Shown here: piece after piece, positions 25,261 to 38,491 of the stretch
Layout of the letters: the number at the start of each line of letters is the position of its first letter
Numbering within the stretch: position 1 is the stretch's first letter
From: Octopus vulgaris
Lineage: Eukaryota
NCBI GenBank assembly: GCA_951406725.2
Contig: OX597831.1
Span: 23,932,001 to 23,996,000, forward strand
Direction: 5' to 3'
Length of the DNA stretch: 64,000 bases
The notes under the pieces: generated by a model
Told to the model about the DNA's origin: nothing
The model's database searches: none
Seen by the model: only the letters and a program-made list of their open reading frames with translations
Translations under genes and position numbers: made by a program

Positions 25261-25716
25261 ACTCTTTACTCTTTTACTCTTGTACTTGTTTCAGTCATTT
25301 GACTGCGGCCATGCTAGAGCGCCGCTTTTAATTGAGCAACTCGACCCCGGGGCTTATTCGTTTGTAAGCCTTGTACTTATTCTATCGGTCTCTTTTGCCA
25401 ATTTCAGGCCTTGTAGAAGCCTGAAGAAAGAATTATTTATAAAGAGAGTAAGGTGGTAAGCTTGCAGAATTGTTTGAATGCCAGACGATATGCTTAGGGG
25501 CATTTAGGCTGTCTTTATGATCTGAGTTCAAATTCCATTGAGGTCGACTTTGCTTTCCATCTTTCAGGTACAGTGAAATAGGTTGCAGTTGAGCACTGAA
25601 GCTGATCATCTAGCCCCTTTCCCAAAATTTCAGATTTAGTACCTATAATGGAAAGACTGGGATGTACCTAAGTGGATGCAGTCAAATGACTGAAACAAGT
25701 AAAAGAGTAAAAGAGA
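25261..25716. mobile_element. SINE fragments: A tail (-) 25261-25400, B (+) 25450-25655, A tail (+) 25676-25716
   Basis: Matches to the full-length copies elsewhere. Confidence 0.75.
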
Positions 25717-25833
25717 AAGACACCTTTTTCAAAATTCCTGTTTTGTTTTTCACTTGCATAGGTTTACAATAACACACTCTGAGAGAACATGGAAACTTTC
25801 TGAACTATGTTAAACATTAACTAAAAAAATCTA

Positions 25834-26391
25834 CAGTCATGGCCAAAAGTTTGGAACACTTATATTTAAAACTTAGAATTGTTATGTCCAAATACAATTT
25901 GATTCATAAACATACAATATAGAAATATACTTACCGAATAACTGATCCCATGATTTAATATCTAGAGAAAAAAATTTTCAGAACTTTGTTCCAAATTTTT
26001 GGCCAAGTAATAATATTAGAAAATTACTATTTTTAAATCTCACATGGTGAGATATCCAGCAACAGTACTTTTTAGTAAAGATTGTCTGCCAACATAACAT
26101 GGCAGTCCTGGTTTAGGACGAATGTTGCTGTAATTTAGCCCCAGGAGACATCGTCTCCAGCTGGCTATGCAGCACGATCTTGTTCGAAATATAAGGACAC
26201 AGATCATGTCGTATAGCCAGCTGGAGATGATGTCTCCTGGGGCTAAATCACAGCAACCAGGACTGTCATGTTATGTTAGCAAATAATCTTTAATGCAAGT
26301 AATAATATATTGCAAATTAAAAATAACTTCGGGCATTTGATATAAAAATTCTAATTTTCAGAATTTTGTTCCAAAATTTTGACCATGGTTG
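25834..26391. mobile_element. Tc1-like non-autonomous element
   Basis: TA TSD; TIR cagtcatggccaaaagtttggaac / gttccaaaattttgaccatggttg; extra internal TIR motif at about 25973-26006. Confidence 0.75.
26076..26292. mobile_element. Palindromic MITE nested in the Tc1-like element
   Basis: Inverted arms of about 90-100 bp, e.g. tttagccccaggagacatcgtctccagctggctat / atagccagctggagatgatgtctcctggggctaaa. Confidence 0.85.
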
Positions 26392-27244
26392 TAGTTGTTT
26401 CTTGCAAAAAATATATCTAAACCAAAACCTTTTCGTGAGCACTTAAAGACTACTGTAGATCCCCAATTTACTATTTTGCTTATGTAACATGAAAAATCTT
26501 ATATTGACATCCAGGGATCATATGGACTCCCCATTGAAAACTGCTAGGCTACTATATCAAAGCTTCCTTGCGACTAAACACTAATACAATATTAGTATTA
26601 CTATTGTTGTAATTTAGCTTCAGATCTCAAATATCATTACTGCTAATTGTCATGTGTTATGTAGTTTAGCCTCCAGTCTAAATTAGCATTATTACTAACT
26701 GTTGCATACTATTGTCCATAGAGAACAACGTATTTTCTTTTACAATATATATAGATATTTCTGATTGTTTCCAAATTATAAGATGGTTGCAACACAATCA
26801 TTTTTTTTTTCACCAGACTATTATTTTTCTTTTTTTTCTTTCTATTTGTAAGCTAGCAGCCTAATGGAATCAATTCATAGATTACTATACAGTTGAAGGA
26901 ATGTTAACCAAAATATTGCAATTTCTCTTAGTGTTATCATTTATAGTATTGTTCGGGTGATGGGAGAAACGAAGAAAGACACAAAATTAATAGAAACATA
27001 ATGCTTGATAAGTAATAATATTTTGCAAGATGATGGTAGTAAATTATGGTTGTACACATTTTCGTAATAGAGTTTATGAACTGAGACAGCGTTTGACGGT
27101 CTGAGATTGATCTAAGCAAAACATTTGTTTTGTGTAATTAACGGAGAAGTAGAGTCTTCACAAAACAACGATAAAAGTTTGTTTCTCTTTGTGTTGTAAG
27201 TGTCTCCTGTAATTGTATGTGTAAAGTTTAGCCTATATAGCACA

Positions 27245-27575
27245 TACGTGGCTGTGTGGTAAGAAGCTTGCTTCCCAACCACATGGTTCTCGGTTCAGAC
27301 ACACTGCATGGCACCTTGGCCGAGTGTTTTCTACCCTTGGGCTGACCAAAGCCTTGTGAGTAGATTTGGTAGACATATATCGAAAGAAGTCTGCCATCTG
27401 TCATATATGCGGAGGCACATTGGCCCAGGGGTTAGGGCAGCGGACTCGCAGTCATAGGATCATGGTTTCGATTCCCAGACCAGGCATTGTGAGTGTTTAT
27501 TGAGCGAAAACACTTAAAAGCTCCATGAGGCTCTGGCAGCAGGAGGTGGTGGGGGGAACCCTGCTGTACTCTTTG
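27245..27575 (+). mobile_element. SINE A head (27245-27405) followed by SINE D head (27412-27575)
   Basis: Two tRNA-like heads with A and B boxes. Confidence 0.8.
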
Positions 27576-27577
27576 TT

Positions 27578-27800
27578 TGATGATGATGATGGTGGTGATG
27601 GTGGTAGTGGTGGTGGTGGTAGTGGTGGTGGTGGTGACAGTGGTGAAGCAGACAGTTGTGATGATGATAATGATGACAACAATAATTACGACGACGATGA
27701 TGCTGATGATGACGATAATGTTGGTGAAGACGATGATGATGATGATGATGATGATGATGATCAAAAACAACAATTATAATGATGATGATGATGATGATAA
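27578..27800. repeat. (GAT)n/(GGT)n trinucleotide block
   Basis: Direct inspection. Confidence 0.93.
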
Positions 27801-28831
27801 GAATGAGAAGGAGAGAAAGGAAGAGTATTTTCAAATTCATTGGTGGTGGGTGGGGTCTGGGGTTACTCGATGAATGCCAGACAAATAATAAAGGTATACA
27901 ACTAGTAAGTAACTTTTCATTATTAAAATTAGGATGAAGCTATGGCCAAGGCCCTTTATGGTTTGTAAAGCTGTATTTAGAATACATGAAGAAGAGTTCT
28001 GCTTTGTGAACAGTGACAGAAAAGTAAAAGTAACCGAATGCCATTAACATGCCATATAGAATTTAATCCCCCATGTGTCTGAGCAAAGTTTAATTTCCCA
28101 TATACCTATTGCATCACAGAGAATAGGCACCCAGCTCCCGATGCGCTAAAGCTTTCCATTTACACATTATGAGTTGCCAAAATAAAGAGATCAAACCGCA
28201 GAATGAATTTTATCCAAAGAGAAAGAAGAGAATTTTAACATGTCGGGCAAGACTATTTATTAGAAAGAGATCAAACATCAACATCCTTCACAATAGTTTT
28301 TATACCACTTTTCTTCAATGACAGGTTTTGTATGGAATGTAAAACTTTTCTTTTCCCTCAAGGTATAGACTGTATCCCACAGAATTAACTGTTTGTGTAA
28401 CTATATACTGTATGTCAATATATAATATAATACAAATTGAAGCAGCTATATATACTACAGTATAAATTGATGGTTTAATTCCACATGTGTCTAAGCAGAG
28501 TTTAATTCCCCTGTGAGTCAAGTCTTTCATAGAGAATGGACTCCTATTCTCTTTTCATAGAGAGTGTTGGGCCCCACCACCCAGCAGAGCTTATAATGAG
28601 ATTTTTCCATAAAATAAAATTATCTGACAAATGAACATTTATTTATATGATGGTGCAAGTATGATAGTATAAGTATAGTTAAGGGTTCGGTTCTACTGCA
28701 TGGCACCTTGGGCAATATTTCAAATATTGGCGCAGACCAACCAATGTCTCGTAAATGAATTTGGTACATGGAAACTGCATGAAGACCTTCATTTGAATAT
28801 GCATGTATATGTATATATATGTGTGTGTGTG

Positions 28832-28868
<37 letters not shown>

Positions 28869-28913
28869 TGTATGTGTGTGTATATATATAAATATATATT
28901 GTGTGTGTGTGTG

Positions 28914-29126
28914 GGAGCAGACATGGCTGGGTGGTTAAAAAGTTTGCTTTCCGATCACATGATTTCAGGTTCAGTCCCACTATGCAGCAAGGATGCTGGG
29001 CAAGTGTTTTCTACTATGTTCATGGGTTGATCATATCCTTGTGAGTGGATCTGTTAGAGAGAAACTGAAAGGTTCCCATTGTATATACATATGTGTACGA
29101 GGGTTTGTGTGTGCATGTGTGAGTAC

Positions 29127-29175
<49 letters not shown>

Positions 29176-29425
29176 TGTGAATATGTTTGTATCATGTTGT
29201 CTTGGCACCATGTGATAATTGTAAATGAAAGTCACTGTCATACAAGCGGTGCCATTCGTTTCCAATATTCTAAGTAAACATGTCTGGCCATAGAGATATA
29301 TTAATTTTCTTGGAGGCAGGTGAGGGTTGGGGACAGGAAGTGCATCCAGCCATAGAAAGTCTACCTTAACAAATTCCATGAAGCCCATGGAAGCATGGAA
29401 AAGAGGACTTTAAAACGATTATGAT
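28914..29425 (+). mobile_element. Composite SINE: family A head, (TG)n, Meta-like core and C-type tail
   Basis: Head 28914-29075; acaggaagtgcatccagccatagaaa core; tail gcatggaaaagaggactttaaaacgat. Confidence 0.7.
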
Positions 29426-29954
29426 GTGAACGTGTACATGTGAGCATGGCCTAAAATATATCCACCCACAAGAAAGGCATACAAATTCATATTTTCATAT
29501 ACCACAGGCTCATAAGACAAGAGTTTGTCTGCATTTTCAAGGAGTTTAGGCTAAAAGTAGAAGACTCACATTTAAACAGGACACCATTCTATCGTGAATT
29601 CTGTACAATGTTTCTCTGTCCGGTTCCTCTCACAAAGCTATGGTTAAATGTAGTTTAGAGCTGGATCAAGCCAAGAAACATAGGATTATGAAGCAAATTT
29701 GTTAACTACAGCACGATGCGGATAATTATAGCATGGCACTATAAATCTGTATCATTCTATTTGTTGATGACATTACTATTTTACAGATGGTTTCCTGTCG
29801 TTTATATCAAGCACTCTACCAGGATGCATAAGTGGTTATTATTTCATCTTCTTTTATACTTAGCCTGGGAATATATCCACATATCCATCACGAGAGTTGA
29901 ATGCTTTCCAGAATGATAGTAATTCCCACATATAAGTATTATCACGTTATAATT

Positions 29955-30025
29955 TTGTGTGTGTATGTAAATATGTGTGTGTATGTATGTATATATCTAT
30001 CTACCTATCTATATATATATATATG

Positions 30026-30101
<76 letters not shown>

Positions 30102-30107
30102 CATATA

Positions 30108-30162
<55 letters not shown>

Positions 30163-30200
30163 GTATGTATGTATATCTGTATGTATGTATGTATGTGTTC
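29955..30200. repeat. (TA)n microsatellite block
   Basis: Direct inspection. Confidence 0.95.
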
Positions 30201-30607
30201 ACACATTTTTCTGTCAAAATTTTTTCTTTATTTTTTTGTTTAAATTGGTTTTCATCCATTTCTCCATGCTTGCATAGATGAGATAATTATTTATTTGCTG
30301 AAGCAGAAATTATTTTTACTGATGGATGATTCTCACCACAGCTAACCAATCAGCTGTAAAGTACAGTTAAAGTGCAAACTTCGTTTTTGTTCTTTTAAAC
30401 AAACAATGTGTGCTAGCAGATATAGACAGTCTAAGAAGCAGTGCACTTCCTGCTGTGGTATCTGAACTTATGACCATTTAGTTGGAAAATTTAGTGCCTT
30501 CCTTTGGAGTACTTGTAAAAAAAAAAAGAGTATAAATACCAAAGGAAGGTCTATCCTCAGTATATGGGGCAGACTACATAAAAATGGATTTACAAACTTT
30601 TGTAATT

Positions 30608-30928
30608 ATCATCATCATCATCATCGTTTAATGTCTGTTTTCCAGGCAAGCATGGGTTGGATGGTTCGACTGGGGTCTGGGAAGCCAGGAGGCTGCACCA
30701 GGCTCCAGTCTGATCTCGCAGTATTTCTACAGCTGGATGCCCTTCCTAACGCCAACCACTCCGTGAGTGTAGTGGGTGCTTTTTACGTGCCACCGTCACG
30801 GAAGCCAGTCAAGGCAGCACTGGCATCGGCCAGCACAAGTATCACAACTACAATTTCCATTTGATTTTTTGATGTTGATGTTGATGTACTTGACTCAATA
30901 GGTCTCCTCAAGCACAGCAGGTTGCCCT
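30608..30928 (-). mobile_element. SINE family C
   Basis: Matches the reverse complement of 34758-35287 but has fewer internal repeats. Confidence 0.87.
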
Positions 30929-31090
30929 AACTTTTGTAATTTTATGTACAAGAATTGCAGTTTCACATCTGAAATGACAAAGAAGATCCGTTAAGCTACA
31001 CAGCTGAGCACTACAATAATGGAAGAGGAAATGAATGGATAGAAGGTAGAGAATAAAGAATGACTTTGTGAATAATTAATAGAAGGAAAT

Positions 31091-31503
31091 AGGCGCAGGA
31101 GTGACTGTGTGGTAAGTAGCTTGCTTACCAACCACATGGTTCCGGGTTCAGTCCCACTGCGTGGCATCTTGGGCAAGTGTCTTCTGCTATAGCCCCGGGT
31201 TGACCAATGCCTTGTGAGTGGATTTGGTAGACGGAAACTGAAAGAAGCCTGTCGTATATATGTATATATATATATGTATGTGTGTGTGTGTTTGTGTGTC
31301 TGTGTTTGCCCCCCTAGCATTGCTTGACAACCGATGCTGGTGTGTTTACGTCCCCGTCACTTAGCAGTTCGGCAAAAGAGACCAATAGAATAAATACTGG
31401 CCTTACAAAGAATAAGTCCCGGGGTCGATTTGCTCAACTAAAGGCGGTGCTCCAGCATGGCCACAGTCAAATGACTGAAACAAGTAAAAGAGTAAAGAGA
31501 GAG
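31091..31503 (+). mobile_element. SINE family A, full length
   Basis: Colinear with the other copies. Confidence 0.93.
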
Positions 31504-31509
31504 TGATTG

Positions 31510-31890
31510 TGCATAGCTTAGTGGTCAGTATATTTAGTTCATGATTGTAAGATGGGGAGTTCAGTACTTGGTGGCACATTGTGTCATTGAACAAAACACT
31601 TCATTTCATGTTGCTCAAGTCCACTCAGTTGGCAAATGTGAGTTGTACCTATATTTCGAAGAGCCAGCCGTGTCACATTCTGTGCCATGATGAATCCCCC
31701 CTGAGAACTATATTGAGGGCATGCATGTCTGTGGAGTTCTCAGTCACTTGCACATTAATTTCATGAGCAGGCCATTTCATTGATCATGTGTTGGAACATG
31801 TCTTGGAGCATGTGTTGGATCATGTGTTGGAAGATGTTTCACTGATCATGTACTGGAGCATGTGTTGTCATAACTGACAGAATGTCCATT
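31510..31890 (+). mobile_element. SINE family E with a local 13-bp tandem expansion
   Basis: tRNA head; catgtgttgga repeats at 31782-31866. Confidence 0.78.
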
Positions 31891-32309
31891 AATAGAAAAA
31901 AAATATTGCCAATGCTCAAACATGTATTTTTGCAATTAGTAGCAGCAGAAATAACACAACAGTAATATTGCAATGATTTGACAAAGACAGAAACTGGTCA
32001 TCGTCCGTAAATATAGTAGGTGAATAAAGGCAAACCTGCCCTTAATGCAAACTGAACTAACGGAACTTTTAGACCTATCACAGTTACAAAGACAAAGTGT
32101 TGGCAGAGGAATTTTGTAAACATAAACTGCATTTCTTTGCCACATGTGATAATCCAAAAGAGGACATAGAAAGATGTTATATACCTCTACTTACAAAAGG
32201 ATGGAAGCAAAATAAATTTTGCCGCATATTAATTCATACAGCAAGCTCTCCAGGATATATTGGGAGAACATGTACCTAGGTGCAGAAGTGAAAAAGCATA
32301 TGAATGTGT

Positions 32310-32346
<37 letters not shown>

Positions 32347-32980
32347 AATATTGGTGTGTGTATATGTACATGTGCATCCATATATTATTTAATGTCTTTC
32401 ACTCCTTCCTTTTCATTTTTTAATATTCCTGCCAGCCCTTGTGGCTAACCAAGAAACTATTATTGTTATTATTATTATTATTATTAATATTATTATTATT
32501 ATTATTATTACCGCCATCGCCATCGTCCTGATCATCATTATCATTATTGTTTTCTCGTCTCTATTCCGAAATGTATTTAACTCCAGATCAGATAGCGTCT
32601 AATATAGACATTAGTTTTGGATCAATTTCAACATGTTTGTCCATTAATTATCTGAATGTCATTCAAATAATAATAAAAAAAAAAAAAAAAACTAACTACA
32701 AAAAAAAACAAAAAAAAAAAAACAGCAAGAACAGAAACAAAAGAAACAATCAAGCGATTGTCTCCTTAAGTATTGCTATTGTTTCATTATTTCCTGCGAA
32801 ATGCCAAATGGTTCTCTGAGACTGAAATCAGTTATGATATTTTTTCTTTTATTGAAAAAAATTCTGAATTAGATGAATTATCTTTCAGTTTTTTTTTTTT
32901 TTTACTTCTCTATTGCTTTAGTTTGTTTTATTGTTTTCCTCTCTTGCTACAGTTATTGTTATTTTTCATTTCACTAGATC

Positions 32981-32981
<1 letters not shown>

Positions 32982-33046
<65 letters not shown>

Positions 33047-33245
33047 GTTATTATTATTTGTTTCTGCTTCATTATCATCGTCATCATTGTTACTAATTTA
33101 CTTAGATATTTATTTCAGTGTTGTTCATTTCATTGATGTAGGTTAGCATTTTGTTAAATTGGAAGAAGCCCAGTATAGTTAACTATACATATTATATGTA
33201 TGTATATATATATATATAAATATATATATATGTATGTATACACAT

Positions 33246-33292
<47 letters not shown>

Positions 33293-33478
33293 CATATGCA
33301 TGTGTATGTATATATATATATACAAACATATATATATATATTTGTATGTATGTATACGCATATATATATATATGGATATGCATATATATATGTATGTATG
33401 TATATGCATGTATATATATATAAACATGTATATATATTATATATATATATACATCTATATATATATGTGTATGTATAG

Positions 33479-33509
<31 letters not shown>

Positions 33510-33520
33510 AAATATATACA
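32982..33520. repeat. (TAT)n and TA/TG microsatellites
   Basis: Direct inspection. Confidence 0.9.
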
Positions 33521-33847
33521 CTCATGCATGAAAATACAAATATGTTAGCTTTTCTGTGAAACTTGTTTTAATTAAAACTCAACTGTTTTTCAGTTAGTTT
33601 TTGCCTTTAATTTATTTTCCATATTTTTGTGTTTTTGAAACAGTAAAATTCCCAAATTCTTCAGCAATATTTCTTCATTTTCGCAGTGTTGCTGGGGCAT
33701 TGTCTTAAAGAGCTTTATCTGAGCAGATAAATGTCACTGTTTTTTGTTCAGATAATGTTAATAAGGATATGCTGAATCAAGATTAATGTTCATACATTCA
33801 CACATATATACAAAGCACACATGAACACGCATACATATGCACACCAA

Positions 33848-33903
<56 letters not shown>

Positions 33904-33979
33904 AGTGGGCTTAAATTTTAAGCCAACTTTTCTAAGTTTGTAAAAGTTTGATGCATGCCCTCCAGTATTAAAAAACTGG

Positions 33980-34300
33980 CACTGTGCCGGTTATGATCAC
34001 AAGGGTTCCATTTGGTTTGATCAATGGAACAGCCAGCTCGTGAAATTAACGTGCATGTGGCTGAGCACTCCACAGATATGTGTGCCTTTAATGTAGTCCT
34101 CAAAGAGATTAAGTGTGACACTGATTGTGACAAGGCTGGCCCTTTGAAATAGAGGTACAACTCATTTTTGCCAGCTCAGTGGATTGGAGCAACAGGAAAT
34201 GAAATATCTTGCTTAAGAACACAATGTGTTGCTGTGAATTGAACTCGCGACCTTGCAATATGGAGCCGAATGCCTGAATGCCCTAACCACCAAGCCACAT
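33980..34300 (-). mobile_element. SINE family E
   Basis: Matches 21750-22065. Confidence 0.83.
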
Positions 34301-34319
34301 GATTTCACTCCTCCAGTAC

Positions 34320-34510
34320 ATCATGTCACTATTTACTGCATTCTGATTTGTCAACTCCTTTGTGAGGTTCCACACATTGAGATCAGCTTTCAGAGATATT
34401 CTATCATCATCTTCATAGGTCTTCCTCTTCCTGTTTTTTTTTCCTCTCCATGGATTTCTTGTCAAGTCTTTACCAATCTATCGTCTTCCATACTCACCAC
34501 CTGTCTCTCT
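34320..34510 (-). pseudogene. RTE-clade LINE C-terminal relic
   Basis: Frameshifted VVSMEDDRLVK...RKRKTYED...LKADLNVWNLTKELT resembles the RTE ORF end. Confidence 0.5.
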
Positions 34511-34757
34511 TAAAGCAGTTATCTACCTGGTACATTACAACTTCGACACAGATGTTTCACTTCTAGTTAGTGTTTGTGAATCTAGAATACACTCTTTGAT
34601 TGGTTTGATGCTACACTTGTGCAGGGTGAATTGAGATTACAAATACATGGTTGGCAAAAAGCAAGCCTCTTTTTGCCATGCAATCATGGCTATGCCTATA
34701 CTCAAGACACACATACAGAGGCACATGTAATATCAATAACTCTTTATCTATTTGCCT

Positions 34758-35287
34758 CTGAGGAGACCTATTGAGTGAAGCACATCAACATCAACATCAA
34801 AATAAAAATTAAATGGAAATTGTAGTTGTGATGCCCATGCTAGTGGCGCATAAAAAGCACCATCCGAATGTAGCCGATACCAGCGCTGCCTTGGCTGGCT
34901 TCCATGCTGGTGGTACGTAAAAAGTACCAACCAATCATGGCCATTGCCAGCCTCCTCTGGCCCGTGCCAGTGGCACGTAAAAAGCAACTTCTGAACGTGG
35001 CCAATGCCAGCACTGCCTTGGCTGGCTTCCGTGCTGGTGGCACATAAATAGAACTAACCTATTGTGGCTGTTGCCAGCCTCCTCTGGCCCCTGTACTGGT
35101 GACACATAAAAAGCACCCACTACACACACAGAGTGGTTGGCATTAGAAAGGGCATCCAGCTGTAGAAACACTGCCAGATCAGACTGGAGCCTGGTGCAGC
35201 CTCCTGGCTTCCCAGACCCTGGCCGAACCCTCCAACCCATGCTAGCATGGAAAACGGATGTTAAACAATGATGATGATGATGATGAT
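34758..35287 (+). mobile_element. SINE family C with five internal ~60-68-bp repeats
   Basis: gtggcac(g/a)taaaa units at about 34842, 34910, 34970, 35037 and 35098, then core and tail. Confidence 0.88.
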
Positions 35288-35352
35288 ATATATATATATA
35301 GACACACACACACAAACATTCATATAAATATATACAGATATTCAGACTTACA

Positions 35353-35387
<35 letters not shown>

Positions 35388-35671
35388 ATAATCTATTTTT
35401 CATTATGGAACTCCAACATTACAAGCGCTTCTTTGATGAAATGAAAGACTATTGGTATCATCTGACATCTGACATCCATCCAATATGTTTGACATTTTTG
35501 TTTTCCTCTCCCCGTGAATGGATTTTTCATTAGCACTGATGAATTTGGCCTCAGACCAGATATACTTTGCAACTTGCATCCTTTGCCAAAAAAACAACAA
35601 ACATTCAGAATTACATTTTCCACGTATATTTTTCTTATTTCTCCTGGAAATGATTATAATATTGCTATTAC

Positions 35672-35716
<45 letters not shown>

Positions 35717-35734
35717 ATGATTTATTACACCAAG

Positions 35735-35824
35735 ATTTAGAAGTAATCAGTTATGCAAGCCTGGCTTCAAGTTTCCTTCTGAGAACTTTGGTACACAAGT
35801 TATTCAACGTAGCCAGCCCTACAG
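35735..35824 (+). CDS. Candidate 90-nt internal exon
   Basis: caAG acceptor (alternative ttAG at 35740), CAG|GTAAAA donor, two open frames (LEVISYASLASSFLLRTLVHKLFNVASPT or FRSNQLCKPGFKFPSENFGTQVIQRSQPY). Confidence 0.25.
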
Positions 35825-36651
35825 GTAAAAGAAAACGAACAAGGTGTGTTGTTAGTAAAATGATAAATCTTAACATAAGATGAAAAATCAGCATTTATGG
35901 TATGAGGTGGGTGGAACAAGGGTGGGTGGTGTTGTTTATTTACTATTTGTTTTTTTAATCTTCCGTGTAAATATCCCGATTATATCAGCGGTAAAGCTGT
36001 TATTTTTATAATATTATCCAAATAACGATGTAATAAAGAGTTTTGAATGTAAGATTGAAAGTGTCTGCAGGGAATATGGAGAAAGTGAGAGGAATGTCTA
36101 AAATAAGAAGCAAAGCAGAGATTGGTTTGGGTGTGACATGGTGCTGTGGGGGTTATGCAAGACAAGTGAAGATATCAGGAAATTAAGCTAACATTTGCTA
36201 TGAATGGATAAAAACGACGACTATTACAGTTGTTTGAGCAAGAGAACTACATATTTATCATATTATAATGTTAATGTTATCAAGTCCCAGGTTGGATCTC
36301 ATTAAATAGACTTAAACATACAAACTGTGACCTTCCCATCTTTCTACGAATATATCATAGACTACATTATTTAGTATACTGTTTTCTTTGCCTTTTCTTT
36401 CCCAATCCAGAAGAGACTAAGTTAAAGAAATTTGGCTGGTCTTCTATTTCTAGCTGTTTAAGTAACCACATAGAGGCTTCTATAAGTTTGTTAGATTGTC
36501 TGTATGTTCTGAATTCTCATTCTACTCTGGAGTGTTGATTTTGCCTCTTATTCTTTGGCGTGTAAAGAATATTGTAACAAAGGATAACTATTCTGATAAA
36601 TATAATTTTAAATGGTACTACTTGAAATTAAAATACTATTCTCTAGTTCTA

Positions 36652-37207
36652 TTGGGTTGTCCGAAAAGTTCATGCCAATTTTTAAAGGAAAGAAAAAGGT
36701 CAATAAATACTTGTCATTACATTTTTAATCATCCAAATATGAACCATTTTGTTGCATAATGTATCTCCATCTTTCCTTTAACTTGAAAATACCCCCTTCC
36801 CAGAATTGAGGTGGTTTCATGGCAAAGAATTCTTCAAGGTATCTTTTTACATCATCCAAGGAATTGTAATTTTTAAGATTAAGACTATTCTACAGAGACC
36901 TGAATAAGTGGAAATCCGAAGGAGCAATATCTGGTGAATATGGAGGATGGAGTTACACATTCCAGCCGAGCTGCAGCAATTTTTGTCTCGTTCCAAAAGC
37001 CTCAAGTGCCGAAAATGAACTTTCTTATCTTCCATTTTAAAGGGTTAGAGAATTAACACAGGTTATAGGAACATAAACCTTCTTCAACTAAAAGATAGCT
37101 TAAACTGTGCTCTAAATGGAGGTGTAGTCAAATCCTATTTTATAGACTCAACCATGTTCTAAAATAAGTCGAATGGTAAGCTACTATAAACTTACTGGAC
37201 AACCCAA
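36652..37207 (-). mobile_element. Mariner deletion derivative
   Basis: TA TSD, TIRs, same structure as 9623 and 20911. Confidence 0.93.
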
Positions 37208-37263
37208 TACAAAAGAAGACTATTAATGGATCGATAATTAATTCTAGTGAGAAATAATGTTTA

Positions 37264-37343
37264 TTGATCGTGTGACTGATTTAAAGTACACTGCACATTT
37301 TCTTTGATCATGTGACTGATTTAAAGTACACTGCATGTTTTCT
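37264..37343. repeat. 40-bp tandem duplication
   Basis: ttgatc(g/a)tgtgactgatttaaagtacactgca..ttttct twice. Confidence 0.9.
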
Positions 37344-37385
37344 TTTTGTGTGCTTTTTACTGTGAGGTGGACTATATAAACACAT

Positions 37386-37613
37386 GGCGAGCTGGCAGAA
37401 ACGTTAGCATGCCGGGCGAAATGCGTTGCCGTATTTCGTCTGTCGTTACGTTCAAAGTTCAAATTCCGCCGAGGTCGACTTTGCCTTTCATCCTTTCGGG
37501 GTCGATAAATTAAGTACCAGTTACGCACTGGTTTCGATGTAATCGACTTAATCCCTTTGTCTGTCCTTGTTTGTCCCCTCTGTGTTTAGCCCTTTGTGGG
37601 TAGTAAAGAAATA
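37386..37613 (+). mobile_element. SINE family B monomer
   Basis: TSD tatataaacacatgg on both sides. Confidence 0.92.
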
Positions 37614-37904
37614 TATATAAACACATGGTGTGAGTTTGGCAATATTAACAGTTGGTGTGAGGTCAAGTGACCAGGTCCTACAGTCAATTTGAAGTTGGCA
37701 ATAAAGACAGTTGGAGAAAAGATGTGACATGACCAGTCAAAGTGGACCTAAGTGACAAAAAGCCATCTTACGCAAGACGCCCAGCCAGGTACGACTACTT
37801 CTTCCACTATGGATGAGTTGGCTTGCTGGGCTGCCCGTGGTTTCTCGGCTGCTGACTTGGCTGTTGGAGCTGTGTTGGAGTCAGGAGGCTGCATTTCACA
37901 ACAG

Positions 37905-38308
37905 AATAAAAACTGATCAATCACTGAGTTCAATATAATTTCCTGTAATCATCCCATAAATTTGCAACAAGGATGCCAGCGCCACCCCGTCTGGTTTCTG
38001 TGCTGGTGGCACATAAAAAGCACCATCCGTTTGTGTCTGTTGCCAGCCTTGCCTGGTCCCCGTGCCGGTGGCACGTAAAAGCACCATCCGTTTCTGGCCA
38101 TTTGACAGCTCTGTCTGGCACCTGTGCGGGTGGCACATAAAAAGCACCCACTACACTCACGGAGTGGTTGGCATTAGGAAGGGCATCCAGCCATAGAAAC
38201 ACTGCCAGATCTGACTGGGCCTGATGAAGCCTTCCGGCTTCACAGACCCCAGTTGAACCGTCCAACCCATGCTAGCATGGAAAACGGACGCTAAATGATG
38301 ATGATGAT
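37905..38308 (+). mobile_element. SINE family C
   Basis: Three internal repeats, core, (GAT)n tail. Confidence 0.85.
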
Positions 38309-38319
38309 GCCTTTTTCAA

Positions 38320-38468
38320 CCCTTTCGATACCAACCCAGCTGAAACTGCCTCTGGCTCTGTAGTGCAAAAGTTTTGTTTTCGTAAGTTCTGAATTAAAAT
38401 CTTCCACCAAACCTTAGTCACAATTTATGTTCCTAAGACTAGCTTAATGATAACTAAGTTATTTTACA
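38320..38468. mobile_element. Partial TTAA MITE (family of 49920)
   Basis: ccctttcgataccaacccagctgaaac... matches the reverse complement of the 50139 end. Confidence 0.8.
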
Positions 38469-38491
38469 GTTCTATAATTTAAGAGATGAGG

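Noticed and set aside
27432-27873. His-rich, Asp-rich or Met-rich ORFs
   Set aside because: They are trinucleotide repeats adjoining a SINE.
32097-32290. GIY-YIG-like words (GYIGRT, EHVP)
   Set aside because: The words overlap in different frames and have no supporting context, so they are probably chance.
34838-35120. CRISPR-like repeat-spacer appearance
   Set aside because: The spacers are related to each other, the array is an internal part of a multi-copy SINE, there are no cas genes, and the context is eukaryotic.
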